This document shows, one piece after another, positions 18,047 to 31,147 of a DNA stretch of 64,000 bases; position 1 is the stretch's first letter; each line of letters opens with the position of its first letter. The position numbers and the translations under genes are program-made. The stretch spans positions 22,100 to 86,099 of the forward strand of contig DAOPQC010000001.1 of the NCBI GenBank assembly GCA_035358815.1, in the 5' to 3' direction. The notes under the pieces were generated by a model. That model saw only the letters and a program-made list of their open reading frames with translations, made no database searches and was not told the origin of the DNA. This DNA comes from Thermoanaerobaculales bacterium. GTDB taxonomy: Bacteria; Acidobacteriota; Thermoanaerobaculia; Thermoanaerobaculales; Sulfomarinibacteraceae.

Positions 18047-18150
18047 CTGGGCACCACGCAAGCCGAGCGAGTGCGGGGTGTATGCTGCCTCGTCGATGGA
18101 ATAGGGGCGGCGAGGCGGGGCTTTCCCCGACCATGTGGCGAGGAGGCATC

Positions 18151-18801
18151 ATGCAACCGGTGAGAACGGTGGACGAGGGGCGCTCGTCGTTGATCGACAA
18201 GGACAGCAACTCGATTCCGAAGGGCAGCGAGGGCGCCATCGTCGAGCGCGTCGCCGGCCACGTGGCCGCGATGATGCAGGATCTGAACCTCGACCTCGCC
18301 GACCCCAACTTCGAGGACACGCCCCGGCGGGTCGCCGAGATGTACCTCGAGATGTTCCACGGGCTGCGCGAGGGCTCCGAGCCGAAGGTGACGAGCTTCC
18401 CCAACGACGGCGGCTACCACCACATGGTGATCGAGCGGGAGATCCCCTTCTACTCGATGTGCGCCCACCACTTCGTGCCGTTCTACGGGCATGCGCACAT
18501 CGCCTACATCCCGGAGTCGAGGATCGTCGGGCTGTCGAAGCTGCCCCGGATCCTCGAGTTCTACGCCAAGCGTCCGCAGCTGCAGGAGCGGCTGACCGAG
18601 CAGGTTGCCGAGTTCCTGTGGACGACGCTGCGGCCGCAGGGGGTGATGGTGGTGGTCGAGGCCCGGCACCTGTGCGTGGAGATGCGCGGGGTCAAGAAGC
18701 CCGGCGCGCTGACCACCACCTCCGCGCTGCGCGGCTGCTTTGCCGACCGCAAGGTGCGCGAGGAGTTCCTGGCGCTGCTGCGCCGCCAGACGTCGTGGTA
18801 G
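18151..18801 (+). CDS. folE: GTP cyclohydrolase I
   Basis: The ATG at 18151 lies 5 nt after 'GAGGAGG'. Motifs 'FYSMCAHHFVPFYGHAHIAYIP' and 'RPQLQERLT'. Confidence 0.9.
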   Translation: MQPVRTVDEGRSSLIDKDSNSIPKGSEGAIVERVAGHVAAMMQDLNLDLADPNFEDTPRRVAEMYLEMFHGLREGSEPKVTSFPNDGGYHHMVIEREIPFYSMCAHHFVPFYGHAHIAYIPESRIVGLSKLPRILEFYAKRPQLQERLTEQVAEFLWTTLRPQGVMVVVEARHLCVEMRGVKKPGALTTTSALRGCFADRKVREEFLALLRRQTSW

Positions 18802-18897
18802 GCGGCACGGTCGCGCGCGGGGCGGTGACCCGGCGACATCCGATGCGGCGACGGTGAGGCCGCGAAGCCCCGCCCGGTCCCGGGCCGCTGGCAGCGA

Positions 18898-19380
18898 TCA
18901 CTGAACCTGGAGGAAGAGGTAGACGCGGCGCGCCGCGAGCAGGTCGGCGCCGGGGGCCGTGAAGCTGTGCAGGAAGTCCCTGGTCTTGCCGCCGCCGAGG
19001 TGGACCTCGGGGCAGGCGAGGCGCTGGAGCCGGGCTCCGCTTTCGTCCTCGAGCAGCACGACGACCACCAGATCGACGCCGCGCTTGGACCGGTTCTCGA
19101 AGCGCAGGCTGACGAGGGCCGTGCTGTCGACGCCGGGCGCGGGCTGCTCTCCCTCGGGCACCGACACCCGGACGGCGGCCCACAGCACGCCCTCGACCTC
19201 GACGTTGACGGCGAGCTCCCGGCCGAGCTCGAAGGCGACGTCTTCCTGGTAGGGGTTCGGCGACCGCCGGGGGGCATCGTCCTGCGCCGCGAGCGGGACC
19301 GCACCGGCCAGAGCCATCACTGCGGCCACGACAGCACGCCAGCCACCCACGGCCAACATCCCCTGGGCGAGCCTCCCCAC
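18898..19380 (-). CDS. Hypothetical secreted protein
   Basis: 160-aa ORF with a signal-like N-terminus (AVVAAVMALAGAVPLAAQ), directly downstream of the CsgG-like gene. I recognise no family. Confidence 0.5.
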   Translation of the reverse strand: MGRLAQGMLAVGGWRAVVAAVMALAGAVPLAAQDDAPRRSPNPYQEDVAFELGRELAVNVEVEGVLWAAVRVSVPEGEQPAPGVDSTALVSLRFENRSKRGVDLVVVVLLEDESGARLQRLACPEVHLGGGKTRDFLHSFTAPGADLLAARRVYLFLQVQ

Positions 19381-19435
19381 CCATCATAGTACAGGCCGGC
19401 GGCGATGGCCGCCGCCGGCGAGCACCAGCCGTCCC

Positions 19436-20344
19436 CTACTTGATGTGGACCTTCATGCCCTTCTCGACCGCCGATGCGCTGCCGTCGACGACCGAGCAGA
19501 TGGTGACCTTCTCCTTGACCTCGCTGGCCTGGAGCCGGGCGAGCTCGGTCATGTCCTCGTCGAGGACCTCGCCGGTGTCGGGATCGCGGATGACCTCGAC
19601 CTCGCCGACCGCGAACTGCTGGCCGACCGACACCCCCTCGCGGCTGCCGCGGTTGATGTACACGTTGCCGTCCTTGACCATCACCACCGAGCCGGTCCAC
19701 GGCACGCTGGCCAGCTGGGCGGTCAGGAAGTCGACCGCCTGGGCGCAGGCGTCCTGCACCGCGAGCCCGACGTTGTCGTCCTTGTTGCCGCCGAAGGCCG
19801 CGCCCCAGCTCCCGGTGTCGTAGCCGACGTTCGCAGCCCGCTTCTTCGAGGTGCCGACCACGTTCGTCGAGGCCAGCACCTGGCCGGTGGTGGAGTCCAC
19901 CATGTAGATGGTGACGTTGATCTCGGACTTGCCGCCGCCGCCGCCGACCCGGAAGCCCTTGATCCGGACGCCGCCACCGCCGCTGGCGGTGTCGTCCTGG
20001 ACGTGGGTGATGGCGCCCTTGATGAGGATCTGCGCCGGGGTCATCTGCCCGGTGGCCGGCGCCTTGGCGCCGCCGGCGGTGCGGCCTGACGCCGCGAGGT
20101 CCTGCTCCGCCATCGCCTCGTACCGCATGTCGGTCTCGCCGAGCACGATGAAACGCCCGCTCTGGTTCAGCAGGTCGGTGAGGACCGTGCCCCAGGCGTT
20201 GCCGATGTCCCAGTGGCCGTACCAGCCGGCCTCGTTCTCGAACTGGCTGACCGTCACCGAGTACCTGAGCCCGCCGGTCTCGGCCGCTCCCAGGGGAGCC
20301 ACGGCGGCGGCGCAGACAGCGATCAAAAGGAGCGCGTGCTTCAT
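19436..20344 (-). CDS. CsgG/HfaB-family periplasmic or outer-membrane protein
   Basis: The ATG at 20344 (MKHALLLIAVCAAA) follows 'GGGAGGGAGAA'. CsgG-like core 'TVSQFENEAG...LTDLLNQSGRFIVLGE...ILIKGAITH'. Confidence 0.7.
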   Translation of the reverse strand: MKHALLLIAVCAAAVAPLGAAETGGLRYSVTVSQFENEAGWYGHWDIGNAWGTVLTDLLNQSGRFIVLGETDMRYEAMAEQDLAASGRTAGGAKAPATGQMTPAQILIKGAITHVQDDTASGGGGVRIKGFRVGGGGGKSEINVTIYMVDSTTGQVLASTNVVGTSKKRAANVGYDTGSWGAAFGGNKDDNVGLAVQDACAQAVDFLTAQLASVPWTGSVVMVKDGNVYINRGSREGVSVGQQFAVGEVEVIRDPDTGEVLDEDMTELARLQASEVKEKVTICSVVDGSASAVEKGMKVHIK

Positions 20345-20568
20345 TGTTCTCCCTCCCAACAGGGTCTCGCGTCGCGTGGATGATACTACCGGGAGCGTGT
20401 AGGGCATAGGCCCCTGAGCGCGCTCCTGATGTGGTGGTTGTGGTTGGCCTCCGCCCTCACGCTCCCCGGGATGCGTGCAGCGCATCCATGTCTAGAAGCG
20501 CGCAGGGCACCAGGCACCGACGTGAGCGGAGCTCGGCAGCCCGTGGAGGCTCCGGTGCCCAAGCGTTT

Positions 20569-21012
20569 CTAGACCGGGTACTTGCCGGTGATGTAGTTGA
20601 CGAGATCCTGGATGTGGTACTCGTGGTTTCGCGTGACCCAGTGGGTGAGGTCGCCGGCCGAGACCAGGCCCACGAGACGGCCTTCGTCGACCACCGGCAG
20701 GTGCCGGCAGCGCTTCTCGGAGACGACCGCCATCGCCTCGTTGACGGTGGCGGCGGCGGTCACCACCACCGGGTTTCCGGTCATCACCTCGGCGACGCGG
20801 GTGGTGCCCGGGTCGCGGGTCCGGTCGACGACCCTGGTGAGCACGTCGCGCTCGGTGAAGATCCCGACCAGGTCGTCGCCGTCCATCACGAGCAGCGCTC
20901 CGATCCGCTCCTGGTTCATCTTGCGCACGGCCTCGAGCACCGTCGCCTGCGGCGGCACCGAGTGCATGGTGTGGCCCTTCTTCTTGAGCAGCGCGCGGAG
21001 AGTCTCCCTCAC
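20569..21012 (-). CDS. CBS-domain pair protein
   Basis: Two CBS repeats ('GALLVMDGDDLVGIFTERDV' and 'HLPVVDEGRLVGLVSAGDL'). Confidence 0.8.
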   Translation of the reverse strand: MRETLRALLKKKGHTMHSVPPQATVLEAVRKMNQERIGALLVMDGDDLVGIFTERDVLTRVVDRTRDPGTTRVAEVMTGNPVVVTAAATVNEAMAVVSEKRCRHLPVVDEGRLVGLVSAGDLTHWVTRNHEYHIQDLVNYITGKYPV

Positions 21013-21134
21013 GTCGGCCTCCAGGGTTGCCGGTCGGGCACCGTTGCACCGCGCCAGGGTCGCTTGCGGCCCGATCGGAGCTCGGCCCGGCCGCGGAGCG
21101 GCCCTCGCTCGGCGGGTTCTCGCCCCCTACAACC

Positions 21135-23429
21135 TCAGCGAGGCGCGAGCTCTTCCGCCAGCTCCGCCATGTCCCGCTGCGCCTTGCGCACGCACATCGC
21201 GGTCATGTTGACGATGTCGGTGACCTCGACCCCGCGCTGCAGGACGTGGACCGGGGCGCCGATGCCGGACAGGATCGGCCCGATCGCCTCGACCTTGCCG
21301 AGCCGCCACAGCAGCTTGTAGGCGATGTTGGCCGACGCCAGGTCGGGGCAGACCAGGACGTTGGCGTCGCCGAAGATGCGCGAGCTCGGGAAGGTGTCGC
21401 GGGCGATGTTCGGATCGACCGCGGTGTCGGCCTGCATCTCGCCCTCGATGACCAGATCCGGCCACCTCTGCTCCGCGATCGCCACCGCCTCCTGGATCTT
21501 CCTGGTGTGCTCGTCGGAGTTGGAGCCGAAATTCGAGTAGGAGAGCATCGCCACCCGCGGCTGCTCGCCGAAGTAGGTCTGGGCGACCGCAGCCGCCATG
21601 TGGGCGATCTCGGCGAGGTCCTCGGCGGTCGGGTCCTGGTTGACCGTGGTGTCGGCGATGAACAGCATCCGGTCCTCGAAGAGCAGCAGGTAGACGCCGC
21701 ACGCCTTGCGGACGCCCTTCAGCGTCTTGTGGATCTGCAGCGCCGGCCGGATGGTCTCCGGGTACGACATGGTGAGCCCGGCGATCAGGCCGTCGGCGTC
21801 GCCCTCGTGGACCATCATGTTGCCGAAGTAGACCGGGTCCTGCATCAGCTTGGCGGCGGTGACCGCGGTGACGCCCTTGCGCCAGCGCATCTCGTGGAGC
21901 CGCTCGGCGTAGTGGGCAGCGCGCTCGTCGGTCGCCGGATCGACGACCTCGACCGAGTCCGCGCCGATCTCGTGCTCGGCCAGCATGCGGCCGATGGTCT
22001 CGCGCTGGCCGAGCAGCACCGGCCGACAGAGCCCCTCGTTGACCAGGATCTTGGCGGCACGCACGATCTTCTCGGCCTCGCCCTCGGGGAACACGATCCG
22101 CTTGGGGTTCAGCCGCGCCTGGTCGAAGACGAAGTGCATCACCTGGCGGGTGCGGGAGAGCCGGTTCTCGAGCTCGCGCACGTAGTCGGTCCGGGAGCTG
22201 TAGGGCGCGCGCGCCACGCCGGTGCGGATCGCGGCCTCGGCCACCGCCGGCGCCTCCCAGAGCAGGACGCGATAGTCGAAGGGCTTCGGGATGACGTAGT
22301 TGCGGCCGAACTTGAACGGTTGCCCGCCGTAGGCCCGGATCACGGAGTCGGGCACGTCCTCCTTGGCGAGCGCGGCCAGCGCGCGCGAGGCCGCGAGCTT
22401 CATCTCCTCGTTGATCGAGCTCGCGGCGACATCGAGGGCGCCGCGGAAGATGAACGGGAAGCCGAGCACGTTGTTGACCTGGTTCGGGTAGTCGGAGCGG
22501 CCGGTGGCCATGATCACGTCCTTGCGGACCGCGAACACCTCCTCGGGCGTGATCTCCGGGTCGGGGTTGGCCATCGCGAAGATGATGGCGTCCTTGGCCA
22601 TGGTCTTGACCATCTCCTGGGTCAGCATGCCCTTGGTGGAGACGCCGGCGAACACGTCGGCGCCGCGCATGGCGTCGGCCAGGGTGCGTGCGTCGGTGTC
22701 CTGCGCGAACTTCTCCTTGTAGGGGTTCATCCCCGCGGTGCGGCCCTTGTAGATGACGCCCTTGGTGTCCACCATCAGCAGGTTCTCGGGCTTCACGCCG
22801 AGCAGCAGGTAGAAGTTGGCGCAGGCGATGCCGGCAGCGCCGGCGCCGCAGAACACCACCTTGATCTTGTCGAGGGGCTTGCCCACGATCTCGCAGCCGT
22901 TGAGCAGGGCCGCGCCGGAGATGATGGCGGTCCCGTGCTGGTCGTCATGGAACACCGGGATGCCCATCGTGCGCTTGAGCTCCTCCTCGATCTCGAAGCA
23001 CTCGGGCGCCTTGATGTCCTCGAGGTTGATGCCGCCGAGCGTCGGCTCGAGCAGCTGGCAGAAGCGGATGATCTCCTTGGGGTCGTGGGACTCGACCTCG
23101 ATGTCGAACACGTCGATGTCGGCAAACCGCTTGAAGAGCACACCCTTGCCCTCCATCACCGGCTTGCCGGCAATGGCGCCGATGTCGCCCAGGCCGAGCA
23201 CGGCGGTGCCGTTCGAGACCACCGCGACCAGGTTGCCCTTGTTGGTGTACTCGTAGGCCAGCCGGGCATCCTTGGCGATGTCGAGGCACGGCTCGGCCAC
23301 CCCGGGCGTGTAGGCCAGCGACAGGTCGCGCTGGGTCACACAGGGCTTGGTGGCGATCACCGCCAGCTTGCCGTGCCGTTTCCCGGTGTGGTACTCGAGC
23401 GCCTCGGCGCGGGTGATCTTCTTCTGCAT
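21135..23429 (-). CDS. maeB: NADP-dependent malic enzyme with a C-terminal phosphotransacetylase-like domain
   Basis: 764 aa. Motifs 'SLAYTPGVA', '[15 protein letters not shown]', 'FHDDQHGTA' and 'FCGAGAAG', followed by a PTA-like C-terminal half. Confidence 0.9.
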   Translation of the reverse strand: MQKKITRAEALEYHTGKRHGKLAVIATKPCVTQRDLSLAYTPGVAEPCLDIAKDARLAYEYTNKGNLVAVVSNGTAVLGLGDIGAIAGKPVMEGKGVLFKRFADIDVFDIEVESHDPKEIIRFCQLLEPTLGGINLEDIKAPECFEIEEELKRTMGIPVFHDDQHGTAIISGAALLNGCEIVGKPLDKIKVVFCGAGAAGIACANFYLLLGVKPENLLMVDTKGVIYKGRTAGMNPYKEKFAQDTDARTLADAMRGADVFAGVSTKGMLTQEMVKTMAKDAIIFAMANPDPEITPEEVFAVRKDVIMATGRSDYPNQVNNVLGFPFIFRGALDVAASSINEEMKLAASRALAALAKEDVPDSVIRAYGGQPFKFGRNYVIPKPFDYRVLLWEAPAVAEAAIRTGVARAPYSSRTDYVRELENRLSRTRQVMHFVFDQARLNPKRIVFPEGEAEKIVRAAKILVNEGLCRPVLLGQRETIGRMLAEHEIGADSVEVVDPATDERAAHYAERLHEMRWRKGVTAVTAAKLMQDPVYFGNMMVHEGDADGLIAGLTMSYPETIRPALQIHKTLKGVRKACGVYLLLFEDRMLFIADTTVNQDPTAEDLAEIAHMAAAVAQTYFGEQPRVAMLSYSNFGSNSDEHTRKIQEAVAIAEQRWPDLVIEGEMQADTAVDPNIARDTFPSSRIFGDANVLVCPDLASANIAYKLLWRLGKVEAIGPILSGIGAPVHVLQRGVEVTDIVNMTAMCVRKAQRDMAELAEELAPR

Positions 23430-23584
23430 GTGTCGACTCCCGGGTGTGTTGTCGGGTGGGTGCCGCGACTGGGCGGCCCACGACCATGGAACATAGACCC
23501 GTCACGGGAGAAGGTCAACTGAGCGCGCATGCAGCTCGCCAACTTGAGCCCCTCGGGAGAAGCCTGGCGATGAGAGTCGGTGCG

Positions 23585-23720
23585 GCTCACCCCCGTGCCC
23601 GTCTCCGTGCCCGTCTCCGTTTCCGGTCGGGGGGTGCCCGCCGGGAGCGTCCATTCGGGAACGGGAACGGGAACGGGATCGGGAACGGGTGGGCCTCGAA
23701 CCCCTGACCTCCAACCCCTC
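23585..23720. repeat. C-rich/G-rich inverted hexamer arms
   Basis: 'CCCCGTGCCCGTCTCCGTGCCCGTCTCCGTTTCC' (23590-23623) faces 'GGGAACGGGAACGGGAACGGGATCGGGAACGGGTGGG' (23657-23693). Confidence 0.8.
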
Positions 23721-24780
23721 ACCCCTTCTTCGCGCCGTGCCGCTCCTCCGCGAGGCGCACGAGCTCGTCGAGCAGGTCCGGGTAGGGCAGGCCGCTGAGC
23801 TGCCACAACCGCGGGTACATCGAGATCGCGGTGAAGCCGGGGATCGTGTTGGCCTCGTTGACCCACAGCGTGCCATCGCCGCGATCGAGAAAGTGGTCGA
23901 CCCGGGCCATGCCGGCGCAGCCGAGCGCGCGGTAGGCGGCCACCGCCATCCGCTGGACTTGCTCGATGGTCGCCCCGTCGAGAGGCGCCGGCGCGAGCAG
24001 CTGGCAGCTGTCGTCGAGGTACTTGTCGTCGTAGTCGTAGAACTCGTGCCCCGGCACGATCTCGCCAGGCAGAGAGGCGCGCGGTTCGAAGTTGCCGAGC
24101 ACCGCCACCTCAATCTCGCGCGCGTCGAGGCCGCGCTCCACGATCGCCAGGCGATCGTGGGCGAATGCCTCTGCGAGGGCCGGGTCGAGGCCGCTTTCGT
24201 CGGCGACCTTGGACACGCCCACCGAGGAGCCGAGCCGGGCGGGCTTGACGAACAGCGGCAGCCCGAGGGACAGGCAGCGGCGGCGGATGTCCCCGGCGTC
24301 GCGCGCCCACGCTTCGCGCTCCACCGCATGCCAGGGCGCCGTGGGCAGGCCGGCAGCCACCAGCAGCCGCTTGGTGATCGTCTTGTCCATGCACACCGCG
24401 GAGGCTGCGTGATCGCTGCCGACGTACGGGATGTCGAGCATCTCGAGCAGCCCCTGGATGGTGCCGTCCTCGCCGTACGGCCCGTGGAGCACCGGGAACG
24501 CGACGTCGATCGACCCGTCCAGGAGCCGGCCGTCGAGACGCGACGAGCCTTCGAACTCGAGCACGCGGTCGGTCCGGTCACCCGAGGCCTCGAGGACGCG
24601 GGCCGCCGTTTCGGGGTCGGCCCACCGGCCGCGGCGATCGATCGCCATGGCCACCACGTGGTAGCGGTCCCGGCGCAGCGCTCCGGCCACCGACCTCGCC
24701 GACACCACGCTCACCTGGTGCTCGCGGGAACGGCCTCCGAAGATCAGGGCGAGGGTCTTGCGGTCGGTCGTGCGCACCAT
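23719..24780 (-). CDS. ddl: D-alanine--D-alanine ligase
   Basis: The ATG at 24780 (MVRTTDRKTLALIFGGRSREHQVS) lies inside ORF 23719..24891. ATP-grasp motifs are present ('FPVLHGPYGEDGTIQG', 'EANTIPGFT'). Confidence 0.9.
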   Translation of the reverse strand: MVRTTDRKTLALIFGGRSREHQVSVVSARSVAGALRRDRYHVVAMAIDRRGRWADPETAARVLEASGDRTDRVLEFEGSSRLDGRLLDGSIDVAFPVLHGPYGEDGTIQGLLEMLDIPYVGSDHAASAVCMDKTITKRLLVAAGLPTAPWHAVEREAWARDAGDIRRRCLSLGLPLFVKPARLGSSVGVSKVADESGLDPALAEAFAHDRLAIVERGLDAREIEVAVLGNFEPRASLPGEIVPGHEFYDYDDKYLDDSCQLLAPAPLDGATIEQVQRMAVAAYRALGCAGMARVDHFLDRGDGTLWVNEANTIPGFTAISMYPRLWQLSGLPYPDLLDELVRLAEERHGAKKG

Positions 24781-24884
24781 CGGGACCTCCTCGGCGAACA
24801 CGGTAGCGCGGAATCGTGGCGGGGCGAAGGCGGCGGCGGGGCAGGGCAACCGCGCGACCGCCGGGACTGGGGTTGGCGGGAGAC

Positions 24885-25100
24885 GTATCACGTATCACCT
24901 ATCACCTCCTCGGGGACGGGAACGGGAACGGGAACGGGTGCGGGCACGGATCCGGCGTCGCCTTCGCATACCCCTTCACAATTGCGGGCGCGGGCGGGCA
25001 CGGAGACGGGCACGGGGCGGGCGGTATCACCTATCACGTATCAGTTCGTCGGGCGCGGAAGCGGAAGCGCGCGCGGAAGCGGGCGACCCGGCCCCGCCAC
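24885..25100. repeat. Heptamer-bounded G-rich repeat block in the ddl / DUF1343 divergent region
   Basis: GTATCAC-GTATCAC-CTATCAC (24885-24906) and GTATCAC-CTATCAC-GTATCAG (25024-25044) bracket the G3-tract arrays at 24912-24949 and 24985-25025. (GCGGAA)n follows at 25050-25085. Confidence 0.8.
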
Positions 25101-25125
25101 CCCCAGCCCGAGGTACGATGTCGGC

Positions 25126-26310
25126 ATGAGCCGCGTCATCACCGGCCTCGAGGTGCTGGCGGAATCGCCGGGCGTGATCGGCGGCCGCCCCTGGATCCTG
25201 CTCTCCAACCAGGCGGCGGTGACCCGCGATCTCGAGCCGGCGCGCGCCGTGCTGCGCCGTGCCGTGCCCGGCCCGTTGCTGCGCCTGCTCGCGCCCGAGC
25301 ACGGCCTCGAGGGCGTCGCGCAGGACATGGAGGCGGTCGAGGACACGCGGGACCCGCTGACCGGCTTGCCCGTCCGCTCGCTGTACGGCCGCGACGCCTC
25401 GACCCTCGAGCCGCGGCCCAGCGACCTCGACGGTGCGGACGTGGTCGTCGTCGACCTGCCGGACATCGGCTGCCGCTACTACACCTTCGCCGCGACCATG
25501 GACGCGGTGATGGCGGCGTGCGGCCGCGCCGGTCTTGAGGTGGTGGTGCTCGACCGGCCGAACCCGATCGGCGGGATCGCGCGCGAGGGCGGGCCGGTCC
25601 GGCCCGGCTTCTCCTCGTTCGTGTCCCGGCTGCCGACCCCGGTCCGCCACGGCCTGACGCTGGGCGAGCTGGCGCTGCTGCTGCAGCGCGAGCGGCATCC
25701 GGCGCTCGAGCTCACGGTGGTGACCTGCCGCGGCTGGAGGCGGGGTTGGTGGTGGGACGCCACCGGCCTGCCCTGGGTGCCCCCCTCGCCGAACATGCCG
25801 AGCCTCGAGACCGCCGCGCTGTACCCGGGGCTGTGCCTGGTCGAAGGGACGACCCTGTCCGAGGGGCGTGGCACCACGCGCCCGTTCCACCTGGTGGGGG
25901 CGCCCGGGCTCGACGCGGAGGCACTCAGGTGCGAGCTGCGGCGGCTGGCCCCGGCCGGCGCCGGCTTCCGCGCCGCCCGCTTCCGTCCCGCCTTCGGCAA
26001 GCACGCCGGCCAGCTGTGCGCGGGGATCGAGATCCATGTCGGCGACCGCGTGGCCATGCAGCCGCTCGCGCTCGGCCTCGCGCTGCTGCAGGCCGTGCGG
26101 ACGGTTGACCCGGAGCGCTTCGCGTGGCGGGCGGAGCCCTACGAGTTCGTCGGCGAGGTTCCGGCCATCGACCTCCTGACCGGCTCGGCCGAGGCGCGCG
26201 AGGCGATCGACGGCGGCCGGCCGCTCGAGCCCCTGCTCGAGGAGTGGCGCCGGTCGGTGGCTGACTTCGAGGCGTCGCTCGCCGGGGTGCTGCTGTACCA
26301 CGAGAGCTGA
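25126..26310 (+). CDS. DUF1343 family protein (NamZ/YbbC-like exo-beta-N-acetylmuramidase family)
   Basis: The ATG at 25126 lies inside the 873-aa ORF 23689..26310; only the 3' 395 codons look coding. Motifs 'VDLPDIGCRYYTF', 'VLDRPNPIGG' and 'PSPNMPS'. Confidence 0.8.
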   Translation: MSRVITGLEVLAESPGVIGGRPWILLSNQAAVTRDLEPARAVLRRAVPGPLLRLLAPEHGLEGVAQDMEAVEDTRDPLTGLPVRSLYGRDASTLEPRPSDLDGADVVVVDLPDIGCRYYTFAATMDAVMAACGRAGLEVVVLDRPNPIGGIAREGGPVRPGFSSFVSRLPTPVRHGLTLGELALLLQRERHPALELTVVTCRGWRRGWWWDATGLPWVPPSPNMPSLETAALYPGLCLVEGTTLSEGRGTTRPFHLVGAPGLDAEALRCELRRLAPAGAGFRAARFRPAFGKHAGQLCAGIEIHVGDRVAMQPLALGLALLQAVRTVDPERFAWRAEPYEFVGEVPAIDLLTGSAEAREAIDGGRPLEPLLEEWRRSVADFEASLAGVLLYHES

Positions 26311-26438
26311 GGCGGCCCCGGCGGCGGCAAGCAGCCTGCCGGCCGGCCCGCTTCCTGAGGGCAGAGGTTGCGGGCAAAGTCCCGCCGCGGCTACTATTCG
26401 GCTTCCGGCACGCCGCCGCCGGCGGCCAGAGGTGCTGC

Positions 26439-27665
26439 ATGGACTCAGGCCCGACACCGGACGACATCCTGATCTCGGTCGAGGAGGGCATCGCCCGCAT
26501 TGCGAGCGGCGAGGCGCTGATCGTGGTCGACGACGAGGACCGCGAGAACGAGGGCGACCTGATCGTGGCGGCTGACCTGGTGACGCCCGAGTCGATCAAC
26601 TTCATGGCGCGTCACGGCCGGGGCCTGATCTGCATCGCACTCACCCCGGAGCGCTGCGACGAGCTGGACCTGCCGCTGATGGTCGAGAGAAACACCTCGT
26701 CGCACGGCACCGCTTTCTGCGTCACGGTGGAGGCGCGGGACGGCACCACGACCGGGATCTCGGCCCACGACCGGGCAGCCACCGTGCGCGCCCTGGTCGA
26801 TCCCGCGACCCGCCCCGACGGGCTGCGGCGGCCCGGCCACATGTTCCCGCTGCGGGCCCAGCGGGGAGGGGTCCTGAAGCGCGCCGGGCACACCGAGGCC
26901 GCGGTGGATCTGACGCGGCTCGCCGGGCTGACACCGGCCGGGGTCCTGTGCGAGATCATGGACGACGACGGCGAGATGGCGCGGCTGCCGCGCCTGCGGC
27001 GGTTCGCCCGCGAGCACCGGCTCGGCATCATCACGGTCGCGGACCTGATCGCCTACCGGATGAGGACCGAGAAGCTGGTGGAGCGGGTCGCCGGACCGCT
27101 GCTGCCCACCGAGCACGGCAACTTCCGGATCTACGCCTACCGCAACCACGTCACCGGCGAGGAGCACGTGGCCCTCGTGATGGGCGACATCGAGCCTGAC
27201 GCGCCGGTCCTGGTGCGGGTGCACTCGCAGTGCCTGACCGGCGACATCTTCGCGTCGCGCCGCTGCGACTGCGGCCTCCAGCTCGAGGCCGCGATGGACC
27301 GGATCGCCCACGAGGGGCGCGGCATCCTGCTCTACCTGCTCCAGGAGGGGCGGGGCATCGGGCTGTTCAACAAGCTGCGGGCCTACGAGCTCCAGGACCG
27401 GGGTGCGGACACGGTTGACGCGAACCTCCACCTCGGGTTCAAGGCCGACTCCCGCGACTATGGGACCGGCGCCCAGATTCTGCACGACCTCGGCGTTCGC
27501 CGCCTGCGGCTGATGACCAACAACCCCAAGAAGTACGCGGCGTTGCGAGGGTTCGGGCTCGAGATCGTGGAACGGGTGCCGCTGGAGATGCCTCCCACCG
27601 ACGCCAACCGCAGCTACCTCGAGGCCAAGAAGAACAAGATGGGGCATCTGCTGAAGCTGGTCTAG
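26439..27665 (+). CDS. ribBA: Bifunctional 3,4-dihydroxy-2-butanone-4-phosphate synthase / GTP cyclohydrolase II
   Basis: 'VVDDEDRENEGDL' (RibB) and 'VRVHSQCLTGDIFASRRCDCGLQL' (RibA). Confidence 0.9.
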   Translation: MDSGPTPDDILISVEEGIARIASGEALIVVDDEDRENEGDLIVAADLVTPESINFMARHGRGLICIALTPERCDELDLPLMVERNTSSHGTAFCVTVEARDGTTTGISAHDRAATVRALVDPATRPDGLRRPGHMFPLRAQRGGVLKRAGHTEAAVDLTRLAGLTPAGVLCEIMDDDGEMARLPRLRRFAREHRLGIITVADLIAYRMRTEKLVERVAGPLLPTEHGNFRIYAYRNHVTGEEHVALVMGDIEPDAPVLVRVHSQCLTGDIFASRRCDCGLQLEAAMDRIAHEGRGILLYLLQEGRGIGLFNKLRAYELQDRGADTVDANLHLGFKADSRDYGTGAQILHDLGVRRLRLMTNNPKKYAALRGFGLEIVERVPLEMPPTDANRSYLEAKKNKMGHLLKLV

Positions 27666-27744
27666 GAGCTCGTACCGCAATGGCCTTCTCGGCGGACGTG
27701 GCTGACCGGAGTGTCGTCGGACGGCCACTGCCGCACCCGGAGCC

Positions 27745-31122
<3,378 letters not shown>

Positions 31123-31147
31123 GGGCGGCCGCGCTACCATCGGCGCA

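Noticed and set aside
23689-25125. The 5' 479 codons of the 873-aa ORF 23689..26310.
   Set aside because: This part is antisense to ddl and then runs through the repeat block. Only the segment from the ATG at 25126 has DUF1343 similarity.
26311-26438. Possible FMN (RFN) riboswitch in front of ribBA.
   Set aside because: The gap is only 128 nt and lacks the conserved RFN core strings (for example AGGGCGGGGUGAAAUUCCC and GGAUGGGAGA-like segments).
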